Source of the DNA: an uncultured Bacilli bacterium
Lineage (GTDB): Bacteria > Bacillota_I > Bacilli_A > RF39 > UBA660
Assembly: GCA_934097015.1 (NCBI GenBank)
Contig: CAKONF010000001.1
Span: 613-64,612 of the forward strand
DNA length: 64,000 nt
Reading direction: 5' to 3'
A program made the position numbers and the translations under genes. Positions 7,704-17,141 of this stretch are shown here, one piece after another (position 1 is the stretch's first letter; every line of letters begins with the position of its first letter). Under the pieces are notes generated by a model. The model was not told where the DNA came from. It saw only the letters and a program-made list of their open reading frames with translations, and searched no databases.

Positions 7704-10700
7704 ATAATAAATTTTTGTAATAATTATAACGTTTGATTGCGTTATTTTTTTGATTTTCTAATAAAGACTCGGCTTCTTTTTCATTTTTCTTTTTTAATGA
7801 ATTATATCTAACTTCATTATTTAAATATTCTTCATATTTATCAAAATTTGGTTCTTTTGAATCTATTGTTAATTTATTATCTATGTATCTCATAAGTATA
7901 TTGTATCCGCATTCTACAGATAATTTTTCTTCTTCTATAGAATTTACTAAACCACCGTTTATACCATGTTCTATACATGGAGCGTATGCAATGATTATAG
8001 ATGGACCATTATGATTTTCCGCTTCTATCATTGATTTAATTGCTTGCATTGGATTAGCTTTTAAACTTATACTTGCAACATAAACATTATCATATGTAGT
8101 TGCAATTTTGAATAAATCTTTTTTATATGTATGCTTTCCGTTTGTTGCAAATTTTGCTACTGCTCCTAATTTTGTTGATTTTGATGATTGTCCTCCAGTG
8201 TTTGAATATACTTCAGTATCTAATACTAATATATTTATGTTTTCATTTGATGAAAGTACTTGGTCTATTCCTCCGAAGCCTATATCATAAGCCCAACCAT
8301 CTCCTCCAATACACCATATACTTCTTGATGTAATATAATTTATTAAATCTTTGTTGAAGTTTGTATTTTCTAATTTATTTTTAATAACAGATGTTATTTT
8401 ATAATCATCTTTATTATTTAACCATTCTTTATATAATTCATTATCTTTATCTTTTAGCATTATTTGTTCTATTTCATTTCTTTTTTGCGTGTAAGATTTT
8501 AACATTCCCAATCCAAATTCTGCATTATCTTCAAATAGACTATTAGCCCAAGGAATATTATATGGAGTACTAGGACAAGATGCACCATATATACTAGAAC
8601 AACCTGTAGCGTTTGCTATCATAAGTTTGTGTCCGAATAATTGTGTAAGAAGTTTTATATAAGGGGTTTCTCCACAACCAGCACAAGCACCTGAAAATTC
8701 AAATAATGATTTTTGATATTGACTTCCTTTTATACTTGTTATAGGTAAATTCGTTTTATTAATATGATTATTAAATACTTCTTTTTCTAATTTTGAAGTA
8801 GGTTTCATTTCTTTTAATTCCAATGCACTTTTTCCTAATTTACCAGGGCAAATTTTAGTACATAGTCCACATCCAGTACAGTCTTCTTTACTAATTAATA
8901 CTGAATAGTTTTCATCACTTCCAATGCATTTTATATGTTCTAATTCATCTGGTCCACCGATGATCGGTCTTATAACAGCATGAGGACAAACTATACTACA
9001 CATACCACATTGTATACAGTTTTCTCTAATCCAATTTGCTGCTAAAGGAGATAATGCACGTTTTTCATATTTAGTATTTCCACCTTTTAATATACCTGAT
9101 GATAGAGCTAGTAATTCTTTTGTGGATAAACTACTACCTTTTCCACAGTTTATTTTTTCTATAATAGTTTGATATCTATTATTTTCTTCGTTTATTTCAC
9201 TATCTATATTAACTAATTCTAATTTAGTATTTTCTATTGCTCTTATATTTGATTCTACTATACTATTTCCTTTTACACTAAATCTTTTATTAATTAAATC
9301 TATTAATTTATTTTTATAATTATCTATATTTAAATTTTCTAATATTATTTTTTCTATTATTATGCCTATTCTACCTGGGATACCACTTTTATATGATATA
9401 TCATTTGCATCTATTTTATATACTTTTATATTTTTTTCTTTTATAGTTTGTTTTATATTATTTGGTAGTAATTTATTTAAAATATTATCTTCTTTGTTTG
9501 TATTTATTATTAGTATGCTATTATAGTTTGATTGTTCTAATACATCATATTTATATAAATAGTTTTCTTTTGTTATTACAATTATATTTGGTTTTGTTGT
9601 ATAAAATGGAGCTTCTATTTTTTTATCACTTATTCTTATATGAGAAATTGTTAAACCTCCACTTTTTTTAGAATCATATTCAAAATATCCTTGTACGTAT
9701 TTCTCATCACCTATTATTTTTAATAAATCTTTACTTGCTCCTACACTTCCGTCTGAACCGTATCCGTAAATTTTAATTTCATCACAATCTAAATCTAAAT
9801 TATAATTATAGTTTTTAAGTGATGTATTATTCAAGTCATCTTTTATACTTAATGTAAAATTATCTTTTAAATCTGTTTCTAACATTTTATATACATTATA
9901 AATATCATTTGGAGTTGTATTTTTTCCAGATAATCCGTATCTTCCTCCTACAATATTTACGTTTCTGTCTTTTAATGCTGCTAATACATCTAAATATAAT
10001 GGAGATCCTATACTTCCTGCTTCATTTGTCTTATCTAATACAGCAATATTTTTAACTGAGCTAGGTAAAGCTCTTTCTAAATAGAATTCACTAAATGGTC
10101 TATATAAATGTACTTCTATTAATCCAGCATTATCTAATTTATCAACTACTAATTTTATAGTATCACAAACTGAACCCATTGCTATTATTACATTCTCTGC
10201 ATTTTCTTTTCCATAATAATTAAACGGTTTATAGTTTGTTCCTTGTATTTCATTTATTTCATTCATGTATTTTTCTACAATAGTTGGTACAATATCATAA
10301 AATTTATTTCTTGCTTCAGTACATTCAAAATATATATCTTCATTTTGAGCTGTTCCTCTAGTTATTATATTATCTGGATGTAATGAAATGTTTTTAAAAT
10401 CAGTTATCTTATCTCTTTCAATTAATTGTTCTACTTTATTAAAATCTATTTCTTTTATTTTATTCAGTTCATGACTTGTTCTAAATCCATCAAAGAAATG
10501 TAAAAATGGTATTGATGTACTTATTGTAGATAAATGAGCTACACAGGCAAGGTCTTGTGCTTCTTGTACATTGTTTGATGCTAACATACAGAATCCAGTT
10601 TGTCTTGTTGCATAAATATCTTGATGGTCTCCTAATATACTTAATGCGTGAGTTGCTAAACTACGTGATGCAACATGTATTACGCATGGCAACATTTCAC

Positions 10701-10995
10701 CTGCTATTTTATACATATTTGGTATCATTAAAAGTAATCCTTGACTTGCCGTAAATGTAGAACATAAACTTCCAGTTAATAAAGCTCCATGCATTGCTCC
10801 TGCTGCACCTGCTTCACTTTGCATTTCTATAACATCTGTTTTAGAGTTAAAAAAATTAGGAACACCTTTATTCTTTAATTCTTCAATTTCACTTGCCATT
10901 GGGCTAGATGGTGTTATTGGATATATAAAACTCATTTCACTAAATCTATATGCTACGTCAGCGCATGCTGTATTTCCATCTTTTATTTTATACAT
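7702..10995 (-). CDS. nifJ: Pyruvate:ferredoxin (flavodoxin) oxidoreductase
   Basis: 1097 aa single-chain PFOR. It has two 4Fe-4S ferredoxin motifs (CIQCGMCSIVCP, CTGCGLCTKICP) and a TPP-binding GGDGWAYDIG motif. Confidence 0.9.
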   Translation of the reverse strand: MYKIKDGNTACADVAYRFSEMSFIYPITPSSPMASEIEELKNKGVPNFFNSKTDVIEMQSEAGAAGAMHGALLTGSLCSTFTASQGLLLMIPNMYKIAGEMLPCVIHVASRSLATHALSILGDHQDIYATRQTGFCMLASNNVQEAQDLACVAHLSTISTSIPFLHFFDGFRTSHELNKIKEIDFNKVEQLIERDKITDFKNISLHPDNIITRGTAQNEDIYFECTEARNKFYDIVPTIVEKYMNEINEIQGTNYKPFNYYGKENAENVIIAMGSVCDTIKLVVDKLDNAGLIEVHLYRPFSEFYLERALPSSVKNIAVLDKTNEAGSIGSPLYLDVLAALKDRNVNIVGGRYGLSGKNTTPNDIYNVYKMLETDLKDNFTLSIKDDLNNTSLKNYNYNLDLDCDEIKIYGYGSDGSVGASKDLLKIIGDEKYVQGYFEYDSKKSGGLTISHIRISDKKIEAPFYTTKPNIIVITKENYLYKYDVLEQSNYNSILIINTNKEDNILNKLLPNNIKQTIKEKNIKVYKIDANDISYKSGIPGRIGIIIEKIILENLNIDNYKNKLIDLINKRFSVKGNSIVESNIRAIENTKLELVNIDSEINEENNRYQTIIEKINCGKGSSLSTKELLALSSGILKGGNTKYEKRALSPLAANWIRENCIQCGMCSIVCPHAVIRPIIGGPDELEHIKCIGSDENYSVLISKEDCTGCGLCTKICPGKLGKSALELKEMKPTSKLEKEVFNNHINKTNLPITSIKGSQYQKSLFEFSGACAGCGETPYIKLLTQLFGHKLMIANATGCSSIYGASCPSTPYNIPWANSLFEDNAEFGLGMLKSYTQKRNEIEQIMLKDKDNELYKEWLNNKDDYKITSVIKNKLENTNFNKDLINYITSRSIWCIGGDGWAYDIGFGGIDQVLSSNENINILVLDTEVYSNTGGQSSKSTKLGAVAKFATNGKHTYKKDLFKIATTYDNVYVASISLKANPMQAIKSMIEAENHNGPSIIIAYAPCIEHGINGGLVNSIEEEKLSVECGYNILMRYIDNKLTIDSKEPNFDKYEEYLNNEVRYNSLKKKNEKEAESLLENQKNNAIKRYNYYKNLL

Positions 10996-11101
10996 TTATA
11001 TCACATTCTTTCTATATCCATTATAATATTATATTAATTTAAACTCAAATAAAAACTTACTAATTGTGTAGTAAGTTATACTTTTATTATTTATATATTT
11101 T

Positions 11102-11959
11102 TTAATTATTTATTGGTTCTGAAGAATACCAATAATAATTGTCGTTAAAAATTTTAAATATATGTTTATATCTTTGAATTTCATTATCTTCTTCAAATAA
11201 TTTTAAAATTTTTTGGTCCAAATCTGTACAATCATCATTATCGTATGAAAAAGAAAACTTTTCATTGTTATTTGATTTGCATGAAATAGCACCGCCACTT
11301 GTTTCACATACAATTGCTTTGTCATAAATAATAATTTCATTTTGTTTTTTTTCATAATTTGTTAAGCTATTATAAAATGTTTTTATTGAACCACTTCTTG
11401 CTTCACAAATAATTCTATAATTATCATTAGTTACGAGTACCATATCAGATGCAGAATTAAAATCAAACAATTCATTTTGTGAATTTAATATATAGTTTTT
11501 TTTACTGTTATATTTATTTTTAATAAATTCATTTAAATCATCTTTTTTTACTTCTTGTAAAGTATCATAAGAATAGTAATTATCATCTCCAGTTGGTGAG
11601 CCACATTTATAATCTGAATTAGTATAATTTATGTTATTCTCTAGTAAATATTTTTTTAAATTATAAATTATAAAGTCTGCATTGCTTGAATCTTCTATAG
11701 AAACTTTTTTATCATAATATAACCCCATGCTTTTATCGTTTGTTATTAATTCTTTTTCTAGCTTTTTTATGTTTTCATCATAATTTTCTATTTTTTTTGT
11801 TGTTGAAGGTATATTACTATTATTTGCTGTTTGTTTACTTTTATTTAAGACTTTATCATAAACAATATAACCTCCTAAACCTAATACACATACAATTAAA
11901 ACAATTATTAGCATTATTAAACCTTTTGAATTTTTTTTAGTTTCTTCCATTTGTTTCAC
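11102..11959 (-). CDS. Hypothetical membrane-anchored protein
   Basis: 285 aa with an N-terminal TM (LIMLIIVLIVCVLGLGGYIV) and no family I recognise. A hairpin terminator AACTTACTA/TAGTAAGTT follows it. Confidence 0.5.
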   Translation of the reverse strand: MKQMEETKKNSKGLIMLIIVLIVCVLGLGGYIVYDKVLNKSKQTANNSNIPSTTKKIENYDENIKKLEKELITNDKSMGLYYDKKVSIEDSSNADFIIYNLKKYLLENNINYTNSDYKCGSPTGDDNYYSYDTLQEVKKDDLNEFIKNKYNSKKNYILNSQNELFDFNSASDMVLVTNDNYRIICEARSGSIKTFYNSLTNYEKKQNEIIIYDKAIVCETSGGAISCKSNNNEKFSFSYDNDDCTDLDQKILKLFEEDNEIQRYKHIFKIFNDNYYWYSSEPINN

Positions 11960-12126
11960 TCTCCTACTTTAATTGTAATATATTTTCTAGTTATTGTATA
12001 TCGTTAAATAGTATATTTACATTATTTTATGTAAATTCAGAAAATATTTCCGTGCTTATAGTACGTATTTTAAAATAATTATTATATATATGTTGACACA
12101 AATAATAATTGTGTTATAATTTTATT

Positions 12127-12198
12127 AGGGAACATTCAAATTGCTGAATGTCTACCTGTTTGGGTTAGACACACGTATTAATTACGTGTTCTTTTTTT
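12127..12198 (+). ncRNA. Candidate small RNA A (paralogue of RNA B)
   Basis: TTGACA (12093-12098), 16 nt, TGtTATAAT (12112-12120). Stem ACATTC/GAATGT, stem CTACC..GGTTAG, then terminator ACACGTA-ttaat-TACGTGT plus a T-run. About 50 nt of upstream sequence is shared with the RNA B locus, including the 17-mer TCCGTGCTTATAGTACG. Confidence 0.4.
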
Positions 12199-12214
12199 GA
12201 ACCATAATTATAAT

Positions 12215-12307
12215 ACTAGCGTCTAATTAATATTTAACCAATTACCCCCTGTAGAGTATTTTAGATAATAAATAAAACATTAACAAATGTTAAATTAATG
12301 TTTTTTT
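12215..12307 (+). ncRNA. Possible second small RNA (A2) carrying the D-type C-rich seed
   Basis: AACCAATTACCCCCTGTAGAG (12236-12256) matches RNA D AACCAAAACCCCCTGAAGAG at most positions. It is followed by hairpin AAACATTAA/TTAATGTTT plus T7. The promoter is not clear. Confidence 0.25.
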
Positions 12308-12321
12308 CATAACAAAAAATA

Positions 12322-12858
12322 CTAATCATCAATATTATTTATCATATCGAATATTGGATTAGTATCATTTTCATATAGAATTAAGTCTTTATTTAAAATA
12401 TTTAATACATTTTTATTAGAAGTTATAAGTAAAGTATTTGTACTTATTTTTTTTATATCATTTTTATTGTTAATATCTATATAGTTTTCAACATTATTAT
12501 ATATGTATATACCATTTGTTTTCCAAATAGATAATATGTTTGGGTAAATATCTTTGTATAAATCTTCTTCATATAATAATTTATAGTTTGATAGACCTAA
12601 GTTATACATAATTGTTTTTAATATAAATAGATTTGTTTCACAATATAATTTGTTTATAATAATATATATTTTGTTTTGAATAATAAGATTTGTTAGTTTA
12701 TATTTATTTATTATTTGTTTTAAATTTGTTTCTAGTACTTTGTAATTAGTTATGAAGTTATTTTCTAGTATAGTATTTGTTTTTTCTTTATATAATTTAT
12801 TGTTCTTAGATATCCATATTTCATTATCTAATATTTTTATATATATTTTATTATTCAT
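12322..12858 (-). CDS. Hypothetical protein
   Basis: 178 aa, Asn/Ile/Lys-rich, last gene of the spoIID-spoIIQ-like string. No recognisable motif. Confidence 0.45.
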   Translation of the reverse strand: MNNKIYIKILDNEIWISKNNKLYKEKTNTILENNFITNYKVLETNLKQIINKYKLTNLIIQNKIYIIINKLYCETNLFILKTIMYNLGLSNYKLLYEEDLYKDIYPNILSIWKTNGIYIYNNVENYIDINNKNDIKKISTNTLLITSNKNVLNILNKDLILYENDTNPIFDMINNIDD

Positions 12859-12879
12859 ATAAATCCTAGTTAAAAAGAC

Positions 12880-13521
12880 TTAGTTATTTAAGTCTTCTAA
12901 TTTCATTTGGTAATAGTTTTCTGGGTCTATATTATTACCATTTAAACTAACTTCAAATAACATCATATTATCACTAGTTGATGATATATTATTTTTACCA
13001 CTAGTACCTATTACTTCGCCTTGTTTTATAGTTTGATTTTCTTTTACTTTTACATTATCTATACTATAATATGTTGTTGTTAAAGTATTAGAATGTGTTA
13101 TTTCGACTACATTTCCTAGTAATTCATCTTTTGATATTTTAGTTATTTTACCATCAAGTGTAGATAGTACATCAAATTGTTCTTCACTAGTATATAGTAT
13201 TCCTGTATTTGGCATATAAGTATTTTCATATAAAATTAGAGACTTTTGTTGAGATTCTTCATCTGCGTCTTTATCATAGAAATCTATATCTGTTGTAATA
13301 TTTTCTTTGTCAAATGGTTTTATTATAGATTCTGTTTTTATGTTTGCAACTGGTGTATCATTATCTATAAAATCTTTTAATATGTAAGATAAGTTTAAAG
13401 AATCTCCATAATAATTATCTAATTTGTTGCTAATAAATACCATACTTACGAATACTATTAATATTAATGATAGATAAATTGTAGCGGTAGCCCATCTTTT
13501 TAATTTTAATCTTGTTTTCAT
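12880..13521 (-). CDS. Membrane-anchored LytM/M23-fold protein, SpoIIQ-like
   Basis: 213 aa with an N-terminal TM. The C-terminal DGKITKISKDELLGNVVEITHSNTLTTTYYSIDNVKVKENQTIKQGEVIGTSG is an M23 barrel. Its position directly after spoIID matches the spoIID-spoIIQ arrangement in clostridia. Confidence 0.6.
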   Translation of the reverse strand: MKTRLKLKRWATATIYLSLILIVFVSMVFISNKLDNYYGDSLNLSYILKDFIDNDTPVANIKTESIIKPFDKENITTDIDFYDKDADEESQQKSLILYENTYMPNTGILYTSEEQFDVLSTLDGKITKISKDELLGNVVEITHSNTLTTTYYSIDNVKVKENQTIKQGEVIGTSGKNNISSTSDNMMLFEVSLNGNNIDPENYYQMKLEDLNN

Positions 13522-13567
13522 GTTTCACCTTCCTAGTAAGATTATGGGCAAAAAAAAAGAAATTATA

Positions 13568-14539
13568 CTATATTTTTGTAATTTCTATATCTTGATAATA
13601 ATATTTTAATATTTCATCATATTTATAATTTTCTTTAGCCATTCCATTAGCACCGTATTGACTCATGCCTACTCCATGACCGTATCCTTTTGTTGTTATA
13701 TTATAATTATTATCATTATCTTTTTCTACTTTAAAATCTGTAGAACGTAATGTAAGTAGTTTTCTGAATTCTACTCCTGTGTATGTTTTTTCATTTACTT
13801 TAATTTTTTCTACTCTATTTGTTTTATCTCTTGATAATATTTCTATGTTATCTATATTATTTTGATTTAATAATTCTTTTAGTTTATCAATAGAATAAGT
13901 TGTTGATACTTTAAATTTATTAAGTGATTCATTATCCCATGGTGATGAAACACTTTTTATATTATTTTCACTAAATACGGCGATAGAATCTTCTGTATAT
14001 CCATTTGACATTGCAAAATAAAATGATTTAAATACTTTATTATCTTTTTTCATTACTAGATTTTTTGTTGAATTTACAGCATTTAGTATTTTATTATAAT
14101 ATTTTGTATAATCGTCTTGCCACTTTGTTTTCATTTCATCTATTGTGTTATATACTTGGTCGTCTGTAGTAGTTTCTAAAGCAGAATTTGTATTTTCTAT
14201 TTTATAAAGTGCATAAGTACGTGATGCTATTGCTTGTGCTTTTAATGCTTCTATATCAAAAGATGCTGGCATTTCACCTGCTACTACTCCTACAATATAA
14301 TCTTCTAAATTTAATTCTTTTATTTCATTATTTTTATTAATTCTTATTTTTATATTTGATTCTTCTATTTTTGATGTAGATTCTTTTGTTTGTTTTTGAG
14401 TAGTTTGTTTTGTAATAACAGTTGTTATTTTTGGTTCGTTATCATCAATATCTACACTAAGTGATTTATATATTATACTTACTACAAATACTGGAATTAA
14501 TATTAGTACTACTATATATAACAATAAATTTTTTTTCAT
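13568..14539 (-). CDS. spoIID: Stage II sporulation protein D (lytic transglycosylase)
   Basis: 323 aa with GVVAGEMPASFDIEALKAQAIASRTYAL and GHGVGMSQYGANGMA motifs. Confidence 0.85.
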   Translation of the reverse strand: MKKNLLLYIVVLILIPVFVVSIIYKSLSVDIDDNEPKITTVITKQTTQKQTKESTSKIEESNIKIRINKNNEIKELNLEDYIVGVVAGEMPASFDIEALKAQAIASRTYALYKIENTNSALETTTDDQVYNTIDEMKTKWQDDYTKYYNKILNAVNSTKNLVMKKDNKVFKSFYFAMSNGYTEDSIAVFSENNIKSVSSPWDNESLNKFKVSTTYSIDKLKELLNQNNIDNIEILSRDKTNRVEKIKVNEKTYTGVEFRKLLTLRSTDFKVEKDNDNNYNITTKGYGHGVGMSQYGANGMAKENYKYDEILKYYYQDIEITKI

Positions 14540-14733
14540 AATATTTTAGAAGAGGATAAGAAATCTACTATAAAGTTAGTTAATAAATAAGACATTATTA
14601 AACTTAGTAATATAATAAATATCTTGGCTTCCATACTTTTTTTAGAGTTCCAAAACTTATTAAAATTAATTCCAGTTAGTGTATATGCAGAAAGTAAAGT
14701 TGTTATTATATATAAATATACTTTTACATTCAT
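14536..14733 (-). CDS. Small 2-TM membrane protein (DUF1146/YwzB-like)
   Basis: 65 aa with two hydrophobic helices separated by NFNKFWNSKKSMEAK. Its context near murA/spoIID resembles B. subtilis ywzB. Confidence 0.5.
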   Translation of the reverse strand: MNVKVYLYIITTLLSAYTLTGINFNKFWNSKKSMEAKIFIILLSLIMSYLLTNFIVDFLSSSKIL

Positions 14734-14735
14734 AA

Positions 14736-15176
14736 TTAATTTCTTCTTTCATATTCTTTTATTTGTTCTACTCTTCTAATATGTCTTTCTTCGTTTGCAA
14801 AATCAGTTGTTATAAATGCATTTATCCATTCAAGTATATCATTTATATCATTTTTATAACTCATTGCAATTATGTTTGCGTTGTTATGCATTCTTGCTAA
14901 TTTTGCTTCTGTTAAATGTGATACGTGAGCACAACGAATTCCTTTTACTTTATTTGCTGCTATAGACATTCCAATACCTGTACCGCATAATAATATTCCT
15001 ATAGAATCTTCGTTATCTCTTACGTATTCTCCTACTGAAAAAGCGTATAAAGGATAATCATCTATTGGTGTATTATGTGTACTTTTGTCTATTATTTCAT
15101 AATTATCTTTTAAACTATTAATAATTATTTCTTTTTCTTTTACTCCATTGTGGTCTGTTGCTATTACTATTTTCAT
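14736..15176 (-). CDS. rpiB: Ribose-5-phosphate isomerase B
   Basis: MKIVIATDHNG ... LLCGTGIGMSIAANKVKGIRCA, the RpiB/LacAB signature. Confidence 0.9.
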   Translation of the reverse strand: MKIVIATDHNGVKEKEIIINSLKDNYEIIDKSTHNTPIDDYPLYAFSVGEYVRDNEDSIGILLCGTGIGMSIAANKVKGIRCAHVSHLTEAKLARMHNNANIIAMSYKNDINDILEWINAFITTDFANEERHIRRVEQIKEYERRN

Positions 15177-16194
15177 TTTTTTCCTCCATTACTTTTTTAA
15201 ATATAGGTAGTAAACCTGTATTATCTTTTCTGTGAACTGGCAATTGATATAAATCATGCCCTGGAAAATCATTTCCTTCTATTAGAAATGGTTTTTCTTT
15301 TCCTATACATACATCCCATCCTACGTACCCTATTTCTGGTGTTATATTAGATACTTCTTGACATAATTTAATTACTTCATTCCAATAAGGTATTTTTACT
15401 CCTACTATATCTTTGTTTGTTTCTGGATGTTTATAAAATATATTTTTGTGTTTATCAATAGCAGGATATTCAATTATACCAGTTTCTATATTAATTGTTG
15501 TCACCATACCATCATGATTGAAATTATCTACAATATTATCTTTGTTTCCAAATCTAATAAAAGCAGCAACTACTTTTTTGTTTAATGTGACAATTCTAAC
15601 AGTATTTATAGATTTAGGATAAATGTCATTGATTATTTTATGTTGTTCTGCTACATCTTCTACTAAATATCTTTTTGTATCTATTAAATATTCATATAAT
15701 TCTTTTGTATCATAATCAGATACTTTTATTTTTTCTACACCTTTTCCACATGATAAAGATAATGGTTTTACTATAACATATTTTTTATTTTTTAGATATT
15801 TTTTAAATTCATTATAGTTGTCATTTAAGTATATCCATTCTCTATTTAAATATTCATTATATAATTTATTAAATATTGCTTTATCTTCAAATATATATGA
15901 TTTAGTTTTGTCATTATATTTTTTTAATATATTATTATTTATTCCTCTAGTAATTATTGTTTTTCTTTCTTTATTGTTCATATTATACATTTCAAATAAA
16001 TTATAGTCTACATAACCTGCTTCATATTTTAGACCACAGTTTATTATATCAATAAGTATGTTTAGTTTATTCTTATTTGTTTTATTATGGACATCATCTA
16101 TAGTACTAAAGAAATTTTTGTAATTCATTCTAAATATACGTCTTGTTAAATATTTTATCTTTCCCATAGTATCCCTCAATTTAAATACTATCAT
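15118..16194 (-). CDS. ATP-grasp fold protein (sugar-transfer-associated ATP-grasp-like)
   Basis: 358 aa. The VIVKPLSLSCGKGVEKI and IEGNDFPGHDLYQ pattern fits the ATP-grasp fold. Its 3' end overlaps the rpiB start by 59 nt in another frame. Confidence 0.55.
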   Translation of the reverse strand: MIVFKLRDTMGKIKYLTRRIFRMNYKNFFSTIDDVHNKTNKNKLNILIDIINCGLKYEAGYVDYNLFEMYNMNNKERKTIITRGINNNILKKYNDKTKSYIFEDKAIFNKLYNEYLNREWIYLNDNYNEFKKYLKNKKYVIVKPLSLSCGKGVEKIKVSDYDTKELYEYLIDTKRYLVEDVAEQHKIINDIYPKSINTVRIVTLNKKVVAAFIRFGNKDNIVDNFNHDGMVTTINIETGIIEYPAIDKHKNIFYKHPETNKDIVGVKIPYWNEVIKLCQEVSNITPEIGYVGWDVCIGKEKPFLIEGNDFPGHDLYQLPVHRKDNTGLLPIFKKVMEEKNENSNSNRPQWSKRKRNNY

Positions 16195-16237
16195 ACTTTT
16201 GTGAAAATTATGTAAAAAAAATAGACTAATTTACAGC

Positions 16238-16450
16238 CTATTTACTTTCTCTATTATATTTACTGTTGAATTTTTCTATCTTAGTACTTCTCTTAGCACT
16301 ACTAGCTTTTCCAGTATATTGTGGATGACAAGCACTACATACTTCTACATTATATGTATCTTTGTCTATAGTAGACATTGCTTCAAATGTATTACCACAA
16401 TGACAAACAAATTTAACTGATTTTTGTTCTGGATGTATTCCTTTCTTCAT
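16238..16450 (-). CDS. rpmE: 50S ribosomal protein L31
   Basis: MKKGIHPEQKSVKFVCHCGNTFEAMST...CSACHPQYTGK. Start moved to the second ATG, 9 nt after AAGGAG. Confidence 0.9.
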   Translation of the reverse strand: MKKGIHPEQKSVKFVCHCGNTFEAMSTIDKDTYNVEVCSACHPQYTGKASSAKRSTKIEKFNSKYNRESK

Positions 16451-16549
16451 AAACATTATCTCCTTCCGCCATAACTACTTAGTAGTTATAGAAATTTAAT
16501 TACTTGTATAGTATAACATATTTAATATATATTGCAAGTATGAATTTTG

Positions 16550-16726
16550 TTATTTTGTAAAATTATTTAAGTTTATGTTGTTTTTTAATGCTAATGAAAG
16601 TACTTTTTCGTTGCTAGCATTTTCTACTTCTAATAAATCCGTCATTGCTGTTGGAAATGAATTTATCATTGCTGTACCATAATAATTTATTAAATATTGT
16701 CTTAGTTTTTCTATATCTATTTTCAT
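16550..16726 (-). CDS. Unlisted 58-aa protein, function unknown
   Basis: Hand translation: MKIDIEKLRQYLINYYGTAMINSFPTAMTDLLEVENASNEKVLSLALKNNINLNNFTK. The ATG lies 1 nt after the stop of the upstream MazG-like gene. It is below the ORF-track size cutoff. Confidence 0.4.
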   Translation of the reverse strand: MKIDIEKLRQYLINYYGTAMINSFPTAMTDLLEVENASNEKVLSLALKNNINLNNFTK

Positions 16727-16727
16727 A

Positions 16728-17057
16728 CTAATCTTTTTTTATTACCTTTTCTAAAAATATTTTATTTTCGAACGAACCTCTTTTTAATACTTTTTTATTT
16801 GCTATTTCTATAACATTATTTAATGTACTGTTTTCTAATTTTGCTAAAGAAGATATTATTTCTAGCATATCTGCTAATTCTTCTAATCTATCTTTTCCTG
16901 TTGCTTCTAATACTTCTTGATATTCTTCATATAATTTGTTTTCAAGTTCTTTTTTATAATCTATGTCATTTAATATTCTAGTAATAGGTTCTTCATTATT
17001 ATTTTTTATTATTTCTGGAATTTTATCTCTTACTAATTTATTATATATTTGTTCCAT
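16728..17057 (-). CDS. MazG-like / PRA-PH family nucleotide pyrophosphohydrolase
   Basis: 109 aa. N-terminus YNKLVRDKIPEII and the acidic EE..E..D helix pattern (YEEYQEVLEA, LEELADMLE) fit the family. Confidence 0.7.
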   Translation of the reverse strand: MEQIYNKLVRDKIPEIIKNNNEEPITRILNDIDYKKELENKLYEEYQEVLEATGKDRLEELADMLEIISSLAKLENSTLNNVIEIANKKVLKRGSFENKIFLEKVIKKD

Positions 17058-17141
17058 TATTTTTCTCCTTTTCTTATTAAGTGTGTTTTTCGTACATTTT
17101 GTACGTTTTTTTGTATTAGTAAAAAAGTATCGGTTATGATA

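Noticed and set aside
12049-12065. 17-mer TCCGTGCTTATAGTACG as part of the promoter of the divergent 11102..11959 gene
   Set aside because: The identical 17-mer at 24405-24421 has no minus-strand gene to serve, because only the PBP terminator lies there. It more likely belongs to the small-RNA module.
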